NCBI RefSeq assembly: GCF_036321535.1
Contig: NC_087437.1
Span: 94,986,001-95,050,000, forward strand
Origin: Camelus dromedarius
Taxonomy: Eukaryota
Direction of reading: 5' to 3'
DNA: 64,000 nucleotides
Every line of letters begins with the position of its first letter. Positions within the stretch are counted from its first letter, which is position 1. Positions 50,725 through 61,706 of this stretch are shown here, one piece after another. The notes below the pieces were generated by a model. The model made no database searches. It had not been told where the DNA came from and saw only the letters and a list, made by a program, of their open reading frames with translations. The position numbers and the translations under genes were made by a program.

Positions 50725-51738
50725 CGAGCCAGAGAGGAGGCAGCGTGAGAGCAGAAACTTCAGACGCTGCTGATCCCGGCGAGGCTCGGGTGAGCCGCGG
50801 CGGCCGTCGCTCCCACCCGCAGCAGCATCCTCCTCGCTCCTCTCCGCCGACTCAGGGAGGTCCGAGAGCTGCCTCTCTGCAGCTACCGCGAGCCAGGGCT
50901 GCGGGCAGCCACCCTCAGGAAGTTTGGGCTCCAGCTTCCCAGCCGCGGAGAGTTCGGGGTGCCTTGCGCGCACGCCCCTGCGGGCGAGGGGCCAGGGGCG
51001 ATGGTGAGCGCTGCGCCGGGTTGGGGGCGCCGGGGAGGCGTGACCGTGTCCGCGGACCTGCTGCTGTTCTCAGTGCCCTCTGCATCCCCCAAGTGATGGG
51101 AACAAGAGCCCGCCCAGGCAACCGCTGTCGCTGCACCGCCCACTCGCTCTCCCCCAGCGCCCTAGTCACCCAGGCACACCCCCGGCACCCTGTGCCGGTC
51201 CGCCCGAGCTGCTGCCGCTGCCTTGGCTGCCTTTGCCGCCGCCTCGCGTGGCCAGCTGTTGACTGGGCTCGCCCATAGACCGAGAAGCACTTTCCGGCCC
51301 TTCCTGATCTGTTCTCACACCCCAACTTTGCCGCTGCCGCGCCGGCCCTTGCCGCGGCGCTCGGGCGCAAAGTGTGGGGGCGCACCCTGGGAGGCTCCGC
51401 AAGACCTTGGAGGCAGGAAACCGCACAACTGCTCTTCGGCTTCGGCTCTTTGTTGTTCGCTTTGGATGGTCCTTGGGAAGTGGCCGAGCCTCCTCGGAAA
51501 CCCTGGAGCCAGAGAAAGCAAACCTTGGAATTCTTAGTCTGCAAAGGGCTTTGAGATACTGACAAGCGTCCGGAAAGGTGGACAAGTAATTGCCCTGAAC
51601 TCCTGGCGGATTGACCCACGTTGCTTATATTAAGCCTTTGTGTATAGAGTGTGTGGTGTGTGGCTTCATAAATTTGGGGACCCCATTTCTACTCCCTCCT
51701 CTTGGCATGAGACTGTATGCAGGATCTACCCGAGGACA
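50725..51738 (+). other. ROBO1: Probable ~1-kb GC-rich 5' UTR of ROBO1b exon 1 (TSS position approximate)
   Basis: Sequence from ~50731 (GAGAGGAGGCAGCGTGAGAGCAGAAACTTCAGACG...) resembles my recollection of the human ROBO1b mRNA 5' end. It is contiguous with the coding segment and lies within the CpG island. Confidence 0.65.
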
Positions 51739-51793
51739 ATGATCGCGGAGCCTGCTCACTTTTACCTCTTTGGATTAATATGTCTCTGTTCAG
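51739..51793 (+). CDS. ROBO1: First coding exon of ROBO1 short isoform (ROBO1b/DUTT1), signal peptide MIAEPAHFYLFGLICLCS + first base of Gly codon (phase-1 intron)
   Basis: ATG at 51739 (acaATGa), 18 codons + G, then donor CAG|GTAACC at 51793/51794. The peptide matches the recalled ROBO1b N-terminus, which continues GSRLRQEDFPPRIVEHP in the next exon outside this window. Confidence 0.95.
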
Positions 51794-54700
51794 GTAACCC
51801 CGCGTCTTTTTTCACTCTTCACTCCTCTCTGCACGACCCCTCTTTCACTTTTCAAAATCAACTCCCGAACTGCGTTTTGGCGACCTCTCCCTTCTAAGAC
51901 TGGAGGGGCTCGACCCCAGGCAGGAGTTTTAGACGAAAAGGTTCTTAGTTCGCACTTTGGGTTGTCCCTTTTACCCCCCATCCCCCAAGACCCCCCAAGC
52001 CTCCTCGCTGACCTAGGCCTTTTGCCAAGTTCGAGGCACGCCCAGTTCTCTCTGGGCAAACGCACATCTGAGCGCAAGGGTGGGAGAGGCAGCGGTTGGC
52101 GATGAGCTTGGGCCCTCAGGATGAGCCAAAGTGAGTTTCATCCATCGGCTGCTTCCCTCGGGAAGGGAGATGTGCGCCCGGGGAGCTGTGGCCCAGAAAC
52201 ACGCCAGGATTCCTGAACCTGGTCCGCCAATTCGCCCCTCCTCTTCCGAGCAAAGGGGTTATTAGTAGTTGTTTTATGTAACCAAACTCTGTAATTAAAT
52301 TCGATTCTGAAGAATCTTCAGGAAATAACTCCTTCTTACGGTAGGATATAAACTAGCCACTCTGCCTGGCTGAGTTTAGAAGGAAAACAGGCAGTTTCAA
52401 GTATCTGAAAGGGAACACTTAGTTGCCTGGGAATTTTCATTGGTAAGGGTTGAAACAAGGCTGAATTTCGGATTCGGGGGATTCATTAAATAGTACCGAA
52501 ACTCTCCATGTGACGTGTTGGAAGGATGCTGCGGTGGGATACGTTTGACCCAAGGGCGAACACGGCATCTCCTTGCAAATAGTTTTCTTAAACTCCCTAA
52601 GAAACTTTTTTACTATGGGGCAGTAGAGCCACGACTCAATTTTTCTTTCTTTCTTTCCTTTTAGTAGATTCTGGTTTCAATCAAGGATCCGATTTCAAGC
52701 CTTAAAGCACGCACACGCACGGTGTACCTCAGGGAATTTTTTATAGTCGTGTCCTGGGCTTCAAATTGCATCGGGGCCTATAGGTTAGAGTCACTTAGTT
52801 TGCATGATTATGAAACAGCTTTGAAGGTTGGTTTGAGTTTTTTGTGGTCCATGGTTATGGTTTATATTTTGACCAGAGATTTTACTTAAATTAATGAAGT
52901 ATGAAGAAGAAAAAGGAAAGTGCACGTCAACTGAATGATAGCAAATAAACCTCTAAAATAATTTTAGCCCACAAGATATGCTTTCTGACTAAAAGAAAGA
53001 TTTGCAACAAAACTTAAGTAAGAAATTCCTTAGTGCTTTGAAGAAAAGAGAAAACAGAAGTTTTCCTTTATGTCACAGTGGAAGGATGTATAAAGGATCC
53101 ACACTCTTTGGGGCTGCCTCTTCTTCCAGCTCCCGGTCTCTGTAACATAGGTTTTTTTCTTAATTTGCAGATCTGAATGACTGAATAGTTCCCCACCCCC
53201 AAGACCAGCCAAGGATGCAAATCAAAAACATTAAGTTCTGATCTCTCTATTTGTCTCTCTTTGCCAGGTCTACTCCTAGTTTAATTTACAGCTTCAGATA
53301 CCTTTGAGATTTTTGTTGATTCACCTTCTCAGTTAAAGTTTATTCACGTGTGTAAAGTGAAGTGTCAGTGTGATAAATGACTGGAGGGGCAGATTACTGA
53401 AGATAGGGGGCTTAATGGTCATTAGTCACTGTTTGAGCTGAGTTTGTATATGTTGGGACTTTTTATCGTGGCTGTAGATTAAAGATAGGGTCACACTAAT
53501 AGGGTATCACTGAAAGCTGGTCGTGTCAGCGTACAAATTCTGTCTTCACTGAGAGCAGTATCTTGGAGTGTGTGTACCGTCCTTTCAGGTTTAAAACTTT
53601 GATTAGTACTTAGTACCTGAAGTTCGTAATTTAAATAGATGTGAGGCATTTATAATCTTAAAGCTCAAATGATATCTAGCTTTGTTTTTCTAATTTGATT
53701 TCCATTTAAGCCACGGATGATTTTACTAAATCCAAGTTTTTCCTGTAGGTGTGGTTATCTACTTCGTCGGCCAGGTTGCAGGTCAGAGGTATCTTTGTGA
53801 GATGCTGTCTCATATTTAACCTGTAGCTGTTTATCAGTCTTCCGATGACTTTCACTCCTGCTTGGGGAGGCTGAATTATTGGGCTGCTGGGGTGATTTCA
53901 TGACAGTGTGCTATTCTTAAGCCCCACTATTGATTTGAATAAAACTTCACAGAACTCAGATAAGTAAGTAGAGTTGGGCGGGCTCAAAACACCTGGACAG
54001 GGAATGAATGAAGTTCTTGAAAGATTGTGTTTCATATCTCGCCTCAAGCCTAAGATCACAGCCTATCACTTGTTAATGGAGTGTATTTAAGAGAAATGTG
54101 GTGAGTTTAAATAAATCAAAGTGTACTGAGGGGGTAAGGTACCTTCAACAAGATTTAACCTGTAAAAGCATCTATTGGTTGTCAGGTCTTTTTTCTTTTT
54201 CTTTTTAACCTGGCTGCCAACTTAACAAAGTCCTATAGTTTTCTTCAAACAGATTATAAACTTCACGTTGATGAGCTGATGTCATACATAACATCAAATA
54301 TTGTATGTTTGCCTTTTGTAGACTTTTATTTATTAACCTAATGCTACAATACATAACTCTTTATTCTAGGAAACTAAGATTTTGGAAAAACATGGCAATT
54401 TCTTTAGAAATTCATTTTTTTCCCCGGTGCATTTCTTTACTGTTTGTATACTTGAGTTCTTTTCTACGGAGAGCTAGACTTTTGGTGAGGGGAGCAGATG
54501 AGATAGCACTGGGAAAAAAAAAAATCTGTGTGATCTCTCAGGAACTGATTTAAACATTCTTCCTTTATGGACTTCCTTTCCTCAACTCCATTTGCTAAAA
54601 CTTGCTTCTAAGTGAAGATGTGATTAAATTTTAGTTCAAACTTAGGATGTGATGTGAACTTCAAATGAAGTGGAGAATCACTAGTGCTATCTTTCTTTTC

Positions 54701-57700
54701 TCCTTTTTTGGGGGGAGGGGGAGGTCTTTTTCTCTTGGGGAGAGGGAAGTTTTTAAAAGTAAGTTTCACTGTGTGAGCCACCTATCTGGCTCTGTGGCCT
54801 TTCTCTTTAACTGGCAAGATTCTTTGGTAATTCCAATAACTTCTTACTAATTTCTTTATAAACTTTTTAGCTTTCAAGTATAGTTATCTGAATACTGTGA
54901 CATCTTTTAAAAACATCCCATTTCTTGATAACGGGCCCTCTAATACATAGGATATTTATGGCTAAAATGTCTTAGAACAGTAAATTTACGTGAGATTTTC
55001 CCTTAGTCTTCACTATGACAAATGAAATATTCTTGTGTGAGTTAATGTGGTACAAAATGCTACATTTTAAACCTATAATCATACTTGTTTGTTTGGTTCT
55101 TCATTTATTGTACATGGAGTAGGTATCTATAGTTTAAAATGCTAGACACCAAGAATAAGACTGGGAGGAAACTTGGAATAATATCTTGCCAATGAAGATC
55201 ATAAATAGTTGAGTCTATATATAGTCATCTTCTGTGTTAATAAAAGATGCTAGGGTAATGCTCATGTTAATTTCTGGCCCTTTTAAAAATAATTTGATTC
55301 TTAAAACAAAAGTGTAACTGCGTTCCATGCACAATTTCTTATAGAAAAATATAAGGAAATCAAAAGTTGTTACTCAGTTTAAAATTAGGCCTAAGGTAAT
55401 CTGTAGAATAAATTAAGAAATTTGGTAATAAGAAAAGAAAAAAAAAATGTGAAATTAGAGGCAGAAGTCCAGAGAGGTATAGTAGAAACAGATCCAGAAT
55501 TAAACTCATTTTAAACTATAGGAGGAGTGGGTATGGAAGTAGACAGAGCTGCCAAATCTCAGTGCACCCTCTGAGCACACAGAGGACATAAAGCAAATCT
55601 GAAAAGTGGGTTCTTGAAAAATTGATATCAGTGTGTGTGCTCTATGTTGAACAACTATTTAAAGAACTAGACATTTTTTAAAACAAAGAAGTGATTTGAG
55701 ACATGCTTAAATCTTTAATGAATTCAGACAATGGTTTTTTTTGAAGCTAAATTTGATAGAGTTTAGAATGTTGACTACCTCAATTTACACAGGAGTGAAA
55801 AGCTAAGTAGTTACCTTCCATATTACAATGTTTTTTTGCTTAGAAGAGACCAGTAAAGTGAAAGAAAGAAATAATTTTAAAAAATGAGATCAAGTTCAAC
55901 TTCTGGTGTACCCTAAGAAACTTCATGATTGTGACGACAACCCTTGCTATGAAGATATGGCTTTCACTCATTGAACATGCACCATTATCTTATTTAATGC
56001 TTTTAAGAAGCCTGTGACATAGGTGCTAATATTAGTATTTATATATTTATATAAATATATACATATTTATAGTTTTTGGTTGTGGAAACTACATCAGGAG
56101 AGGTTAGAAGATGTGAATGAGCTTGGATTTAAAACAAACTGATTCCAAAACCCTTAGCCATCATACATTTTCCTAGTTGAAAGAGAGAAATGAAGAATTA
56201 AAATAAGAAAGATTATGATTCAATCATTCTTTATTTAAAACATGTCCCCCAAATCCCCCCTAAACACTGTGGTTTTTAACACTTGAGAATTTGGAAGGGA
56301 AGCATTTGTATCCTGCGATTAAGTAAATGGTCGTTAAATTTTTAGATCATCAGGCAAGACATTCAGTTCTCTGCATTCAACCAACCTGCATCCAGCCTTT
56401 ATCATGTCTGTATTTTCTGGCCTGCTTCAAAAAAGAAACTGAACAGAAGTCAAAACAATGATGACTGGTGTTGCAGAAACACAGATATACAGCATTCCAA
56501 GTTGTATTTTGAAAAATGAATGCCATCCTCATTCATGCACACTTGAAGAAACATTTTGCTCTGAGTCCCAAGGCAAATAATTGGGTACTTATCAGGGAAG
56601 AGCCTGTGGAGAGACCATCATTTCCCCTGGGATTGCTGCTTCCCCTCTGTGTTGGACATGGGCTGGTGGTTGCTTAGTAGTAAATGAGCCTTCTGCTTGA
56701 CTGCTGTTCACAGATGACCCACTTCATGGTTACTGATCATGGAAGGGTTGAGTGTTAATACCTGGTTGATCAGCTGGTTGGAAACTGCTTATGCAGAGCC
56801 AATAAAGTTGCCATCCTGTGGAGATCAAAGGCCACCTCCTTTCTTTACAATTCTGAATTAGTATGGTTTCCTTTTCCCCTTCTCCCTCCATCTTCAGCCC
56901 TTTCCTTCAATCTTGTCGTTGAAGAAGAGGAAGAAAAAAGATTATCTGTAGAGTACAGGAAGTTAGCTTTGATCTCCACTTCTTCGCCTCCCTCTCCCTC
57001 TCTCTCTCTTTAGCCATCCAAAAGGCTATTTCTAACGCTGGAGGGTATCATGTTGCATGCTTCATGGGAGAGCTCAGTCTCATTTCCCTTAAGCCAAAAC
57101 AGACTGCTCCAAATTCTTTTACTTCTGTGATTTTACTTGGCTTCCAAGCATCTTATGACAGTGTTGTTCCACACATAAAACAATATTTTGAACAGCATGA
57201 CTGTGCATATCTTTCTGATTTCATTCCGTGAGAGAAGTTAGGCTGCAGTATTCACAGCTCTCTGTTGCTTAGAGCCAGAAGGGAATATCTGTTTATTTTA
57301 TTTAGTTAATTCATTTTATTATTTGGAGGAGGGTGTATAGAAGTTAAAACAATTGGCGAAAAGGTTCTCGGGTTGTGATTTTGATGCTGAATAGTCCATA
57401 GGCTTAAATGCCTGTCACCTAGTTTGACACTTAAATGAAGTGTTAAAAGCACCACCAGTGGATACAAGCAAATGTCAACAGAGCAATGTGGTTCTGTCTT
57501 AAGTGGGAATATATTCTTCTGGTGTCAAGTAAGTGATTTATATGCAGCGTGTAAGAAGTGGTAGGCGTCAATTGCTAATAATACAGTGTATCTTGGGGAT
57601 CTATTTTTTCGATCATATTAGTCTTCCTGACTAGAAAACATGTTTTTAAAGCACTAGTAGTTCATGGTCACACTTTTCTAAAATGCTCTTGATTAGATTT

Positions 57701-59284
57701 CAGAAAATATCAAGTTCAAAGCTCATCAGTACATTCCCTGAGAACCAGGGACAACTTATCCACAATCAGCCACAGAAGGAACATGGAGTCCTTGGAACTT
57801 TCCCAAAATTATTTGCAAGAGGTTCTGCTTGACAATACCAGAGAATGAGTTTGTATGCCTGGCACTTGTAGATTCTTCTTTAACTGCAAGGAAAAGTATT
57901 TTGAGAGTAATAAAATTCTTACAGGCAACAACCATTTAGTACTTTACACATTATTTTAGGTATATGTTATCCTCTGATTGACTTAAAATTTCAATGAGCA
58001 GAACAAGAGACATTGCTTACTTAATATGACCATAAAGTTCTTTGTAGCATGTTGTGTTTGCTCATAATTAATGTACCATTGTGGAAAAAAATATCAACTT
58101 GGTAAACTCATTCTTGGATGTTAGCAGAAGAGGAAACAGGCGCCTGATTTTAGTTTCCCTACTCATGTGATTGAGGTACTTTTACGTCATTAGCAATCCC
58201 AGGTAGAGTTTGAAAGGAAATTGGGTCCAAAAAATAACACTTGCCTGTTTCAAGATCATTTGGCATCCCATAGTGGCAAAGAGGTACACTAAGTCTCATA
58301 ATTTAATCTCCGAACTTACATAACACGCGTACTTGCTGTCAATATTTTCTGTTTTAATGTGTGATTGTTTTCTTCCACTAACAATGTACTAACTTTGTTT
58401 GGCTAAAAGTATCTGCCTGCAATTCCTTTTCCTATGCAAAAGAAATATAAAATTTATACTTTTTAGTTTCACAGATCTAAAGCTGATTTTGTTTGCTCAG
58501 GCTTAATTTAAAAGGCAGTCTTTTATTACCAGGAAACTTCACTAAAATGATGCTTGTTCATATAACAAAGTGAGTTACAACACATTTGTACGTGCTAACT
58601 ACACACCTCTGGGTAGCTTTAAACTACTTTAGTCGCCTAGTTTGGGAAGTAATTTCAGTGTCTCCAGACCGTTCAGTTAGCAAGTTGTCTAAATAAAGTA
58701 AACTGGCTTGTACAAGCTGTGGGAGATATGCTCATCTGTTTTCCTCCCTCCTGTTTGAAGAAAAGTGAGAATGTCCTTAGCAATCTGGTATGAAGTTTGG
58801 AACTAGAATTTGCTGAAACTGATGAACTTAGTAAATATATTGCCCATACCAAAACATGTAGAAGGAAAATATGAGGCAGGCAGAGGCTTCTGCTTGGAGC
58901 CTCCACAGAGAGGAGGGTCATTTAGCGGACAAAATTGTTGCTATTCATCAATTAATAATTAGGTTTCAGTAGAAGCATCATGAGGGCAGCTTTTTTTTTT
59001 AAGATTCAGTATGGTCAGAGAGGAATCAAAATTCATTTTATTATTTGATCTTTTCTACTGCTAAGGGCCATTCAATTCCAGGGGCTCATCCTTTCCTGGG
59101 ACTTCATATTCAGAATTACCCTTTCATCATTTTGTATTTGACAAATTGAACATAATGTTTTAATAACCACATGTATATACATATATATATAGAGAGAGAG
59201 ACTGATGATGAAAAAAACAAGTAATTCGTTAAATGATGAAATATGGACCTAACTGTGTGCACTAACCCTGAAGCTCTGGGAATA

Positions 59285-59530
59285 AATAATAATATCTCCA
59301 ATAATTATAAAGTCTGTAAAGTGTTTACTGTCTGCCAGGCACAGTGCTCTCATACTTTCTTATTTAATACCACATTAGGAATGAATGCATTGCTTTTATC
59401 CCTGTTTATCAATATGGAAAATGAGGTTCAGAAAAGTTAAGTTCCTTGACTGAGCTCAGTCAGCTGGTGTGGTGGAGTCTGGATTTGGAACCAGCCTGTC
59501 TGATCCCAGAATTTGTTCTCTTCACCGTTA
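59285..59530 (-). mobile_element. MIR SINE
   Basis: TTACTGTCTGCCAGGCACAGTGCT...ATATGGAAAATGAGGTTCAGAAAAGTTAAGTTCCTTG...CAGCTGG...CTGGATTTGGAACCAG...TCTGATCCCAGA. Confidence 0.78.
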
Positions 59531-59907
59531 TACATACTACACGGTTCCTGTATAGGAAAATGGTTGTAGATGGAACAGTATAAAATGTGTACGTAACAAG
59601 GCTAAGATGCCTTTTTGTGAGGGAGCTAGCTTGTGCTGCCAAACTGTTTTAGTTCTTGTTTGGATGTCAGATTTTTTTGGTATATCTGATTGTTCCCCTC
59701 TTCTGCTTGTCACATGATAACCCACAAAAAGAATGTACCCTGGTAGTATACCTCACAGAACACAGGAAGTGAAGTCCAGCCCCATAACTTAGGTTAGTGG
59801 AATGCAGTGCTGTTCAGTTAGTGGAGGAAATCTGAGATGGTAAGAACCCAGCAAGTTTTATGATGGCTCAGTTGGGTAGGTGAATAGAAATTTATATAGA
59901 CAGTACT

Positions 59908-60048
59908 GGGGAGGGGGAATGTAACTCAGCGGTAGAGTGTATGCTTACCATGCACGAGGTCCTGGGTTCTATCCCCAGTACCTCTATTCAAACAAACGAA
60001 TAATGAGCGAACAAACAAATCTACCCCACCCCCAACATTTTTTTTAAA
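59908..60048 (+). mobile_element. tRNA-Ala-derived SINE (camelid Vic-1 type), more diverged copy
   Basis: GGGGGAATGTAACTCAGCGGTAGAGTGTATGCTTACCATGCACGAGGTCCTGGGTTCTATCCCCAGTACCTC followed by an A-rich tail. Homologous to the copy at 33594-33771. Confidence 0.88.
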
Positions 60049-61691
60049 GGAATATACTATCTCTGGGATCTAATTTCTCTAAGAAACTGGTGTTGAATTT
60101 TTGTTTTTTGAGCTTGAAAATACTTTATTTAGTGATACAATGTTACAGGTTATAAAAACATATTAGGCAGCATCTTGGTTAGAATCTGTGATTACTGTTC
60201 CTTTAAAGATGTCTCCTTCTCAGATGGCAAGTTTTCTAGAAAACAAAGAATGTAGCCTTGGTGAACATGATCCCTGTGAATGAAATCTGCCAGCGTCTAT
60301 AGTAAGTCTCAGAAACAGTATGGTAATCAATACCCTCTCAGAAGTAATATGGTTGGTTTTTAAAATGGTATTCTTTTGTTCTTCTTACTCTTTTAAATAA
60401 ACGTGTCTGACTGGAGGTTGTTCTCTGATTTTGTAGATGTGGCTATCTCAGCTGAGCTCATGGTCTTCCAAAGTTATTTCCAAATGTGCGGGTGGGGTGG
60501 TACATTTACATTTTATTCTCAATGCGATTGAAAATGTTCCCAGGTCCTTACTCTTTACCAATGATCAAAATGATATCATATCTAAAACCCTCCCTTATAT
60601 GAAACCTGAGGTCATAGCCTGAAGATTTTTACTTTGTCTTAAAATATACTTCATAATAAATTCATTTCTGTGTATTCATTGCTTTGCAGCTCACCATTTG
60701 TATTTGATAATGCTACTTGTTTATTATTAATGGGGCTTAATAACATTATTTATTCCTCAGTAAATGACTTTCAATCTTGATTATCTTGATTAGATCAAAT
60801 CAAGATTATCAATCCTGATAAAAATCAAAAATTGTTTAACCAGCTGTCTACTTTTGTTGCTATTAGACACTTTACAGAATGTTTCAGACGTACCTGATAT
60901 TGTGTAATAGCTTTTAATACAACATCCAAGTTGTGTATATATAGACAGGAAAATGAACGTTGAATCACATTAGTGAATTGTTGGCACTATGTGAATGAAA
61001 GATGTTTTGAAATGATGGGAAAGATGTTTTAATATGATTGCACTTTGGGAACCGAAAGATTGAGGGAATTTACTTAGTCAGCAAAGTCTCTGTGAAATAA
61101 GTAGGTTCCCAAACAGTGTTGAGAGAAAGAATGGAATATCTTCTTGGGCAGGGCAAAGTGTTAGAGAGGTGCACCCAGGAGTGGTGATCTGAAAAATGGA
61201 TGTAATCTGTTTGAAGAGGTAGATTTTAGATTTTACAGCCACTGGTTATTAGAGAATTTCACTTGTGACACTGTTATATTGTAGAGGACGTTATTTAATA
61301 ATAGCCTTCATTCTTTCATTCATTTAATCAATCTTACCGGGCAACAAAAAACTATTAAAAAAAATTACTCACTCCTTGCACTTAAAGAATTTATGCCAAA
61401 TGGTTGATCGCCCGTTAGGTAATTTAATAGAGGTAAGTGTGACTGCTCTGTGAGCCTCTGTTTAGACCATAAAGAGCTTCCACCAAATGGAGAAGAGGGG
61501 ATATAAAATAAATATAAATTTGATGCCATAATTCTTAGAAATTAAGACTTTTTTGCATATTCTCTGAGGGTATGGATAGCAGTGTGCAGATAGAATTAGA
61601 TATAATCTTATGTGTATTGTTGTTCTTAACCTATCAGAGGATCATTGGGACGGTACCTTAGGACATCAGCTTTATCTCTGTGCTCCCCCTA

Positions 61692-61706
61692 CCCCCCCCC
61701 CCCCCC
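61692..61706. repeat. Poly-C homopolymer (15 C)
   Basis: Read directly from the sequence. Confidence 0.9.

Larger units (their letters stand above)
50600..52260. promoter_or_regulatory. ROBO1: CpG island / internal promoter of ROBO1b
   Basis: Abrupt rise in GC content and CpG density against AT-rich, CpG-poor flanks. It spans the first exon and includes a NRF1-like TGCGCGCACGC (~50965). Confidence 0.9.

Noticed and set aside
50257..51619. Long overlapping ORFs (238, 219, 234 and 139 aa) across the CpG island
   Set aside because: Ala/Arg/Gly/Pro-rich frames on both strands are expected from stop-codon scarcity in GC-rich DNA. They show no recognisable domain, and several begin at non-ATG codons.
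51640..51897. 85-aa ORF containing the ROBO1b signal peptide
   Set aside because: It starts at a GTG and reads through the splice donor into the intron. Only 51739-51793 is the supported coding part.
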